Shown here in pieces: positions 63,801 to 64,000 of a stretch of 64,000 nt of DNA. Each line of letters starts with the position of its first letter. Positions within the stretch are counted from its first letter, which is position 1. Source of the DNA: Marsupella aquatica (Eukaryota; Plantae; Marchantiophyta); NCBI GenBank assembly GCA_973895155.1, contig OZ316892.1:944917-1008916 (forward strand), written 5' to 3'. Below the pieces are notes generated by a model. The model worked only from the letters and a program-made list of their open reading frames with translations. It was not told where the DNA came from and did no database searches. The translations under genes and the position numbers were made by a program.

Positions 63801-64000
63801 TAGGATGCATGCCTGACGCACCTGTAGTTTGGGTATATCTACGAAAACTGACTGAATGTTAAGACTGTTTCTTGATAAGAACCGCAGGGAATTCAGTACT
63901 TGACTCTACCGGATTACTTCGAAGGCTGCATTACTTTATAGCTAGACAACATGTTTTCCTTTCTGCGGACGGCCTTGGTGTGCTGCAAATCTCCAAGTCC

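Overview
Eukaryotic nuclear DNA from a land plant, probably a non-seed plant such as a bryophyte; this is an inference from intron sizes, gene set and LINE type. I assembled ten protein-coding genes by hand from splice sites and frame continuity: CCR4 deadenylase (-, runs off the left edge), organellar-type RPS16 (-), exosome RRP41 (+, with a GC-AG intron), DUO3/GON4L-like (-), an SH4/ASR3-clade trihelix factor with two trihelix domains (+), TMEM234 (-), ERL1/ERI-1-like exonuclease (+), a DUF4057 protein (-), an intronless TPD1-like gene (-) and a compact IDM1-like TDBD-PHD-GNAT gene (-). The intergenic DNA holds an hAT-type MITE with a perfect 8-bp TSD, Helitron-like 3' ends bracketing a minisatellite, two tRNA-derived SINE-like heads, a 5'-inverted (twin-priming-like) LINE, a 517-bp near-perfect palindrome and several local duplications. 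The most notable signals are a tandemly duplicated alternative exon in the DUF4057 gene (short or poison isoform versus long isoform), the double-trihelix gene with a triplicated donor-bearing leader unit, a copy of the DUF4057 5' leader 5.6 kb away, and the inverted LINE plus hairpin. All protein identities come from recalled family motifs; no database search was run.
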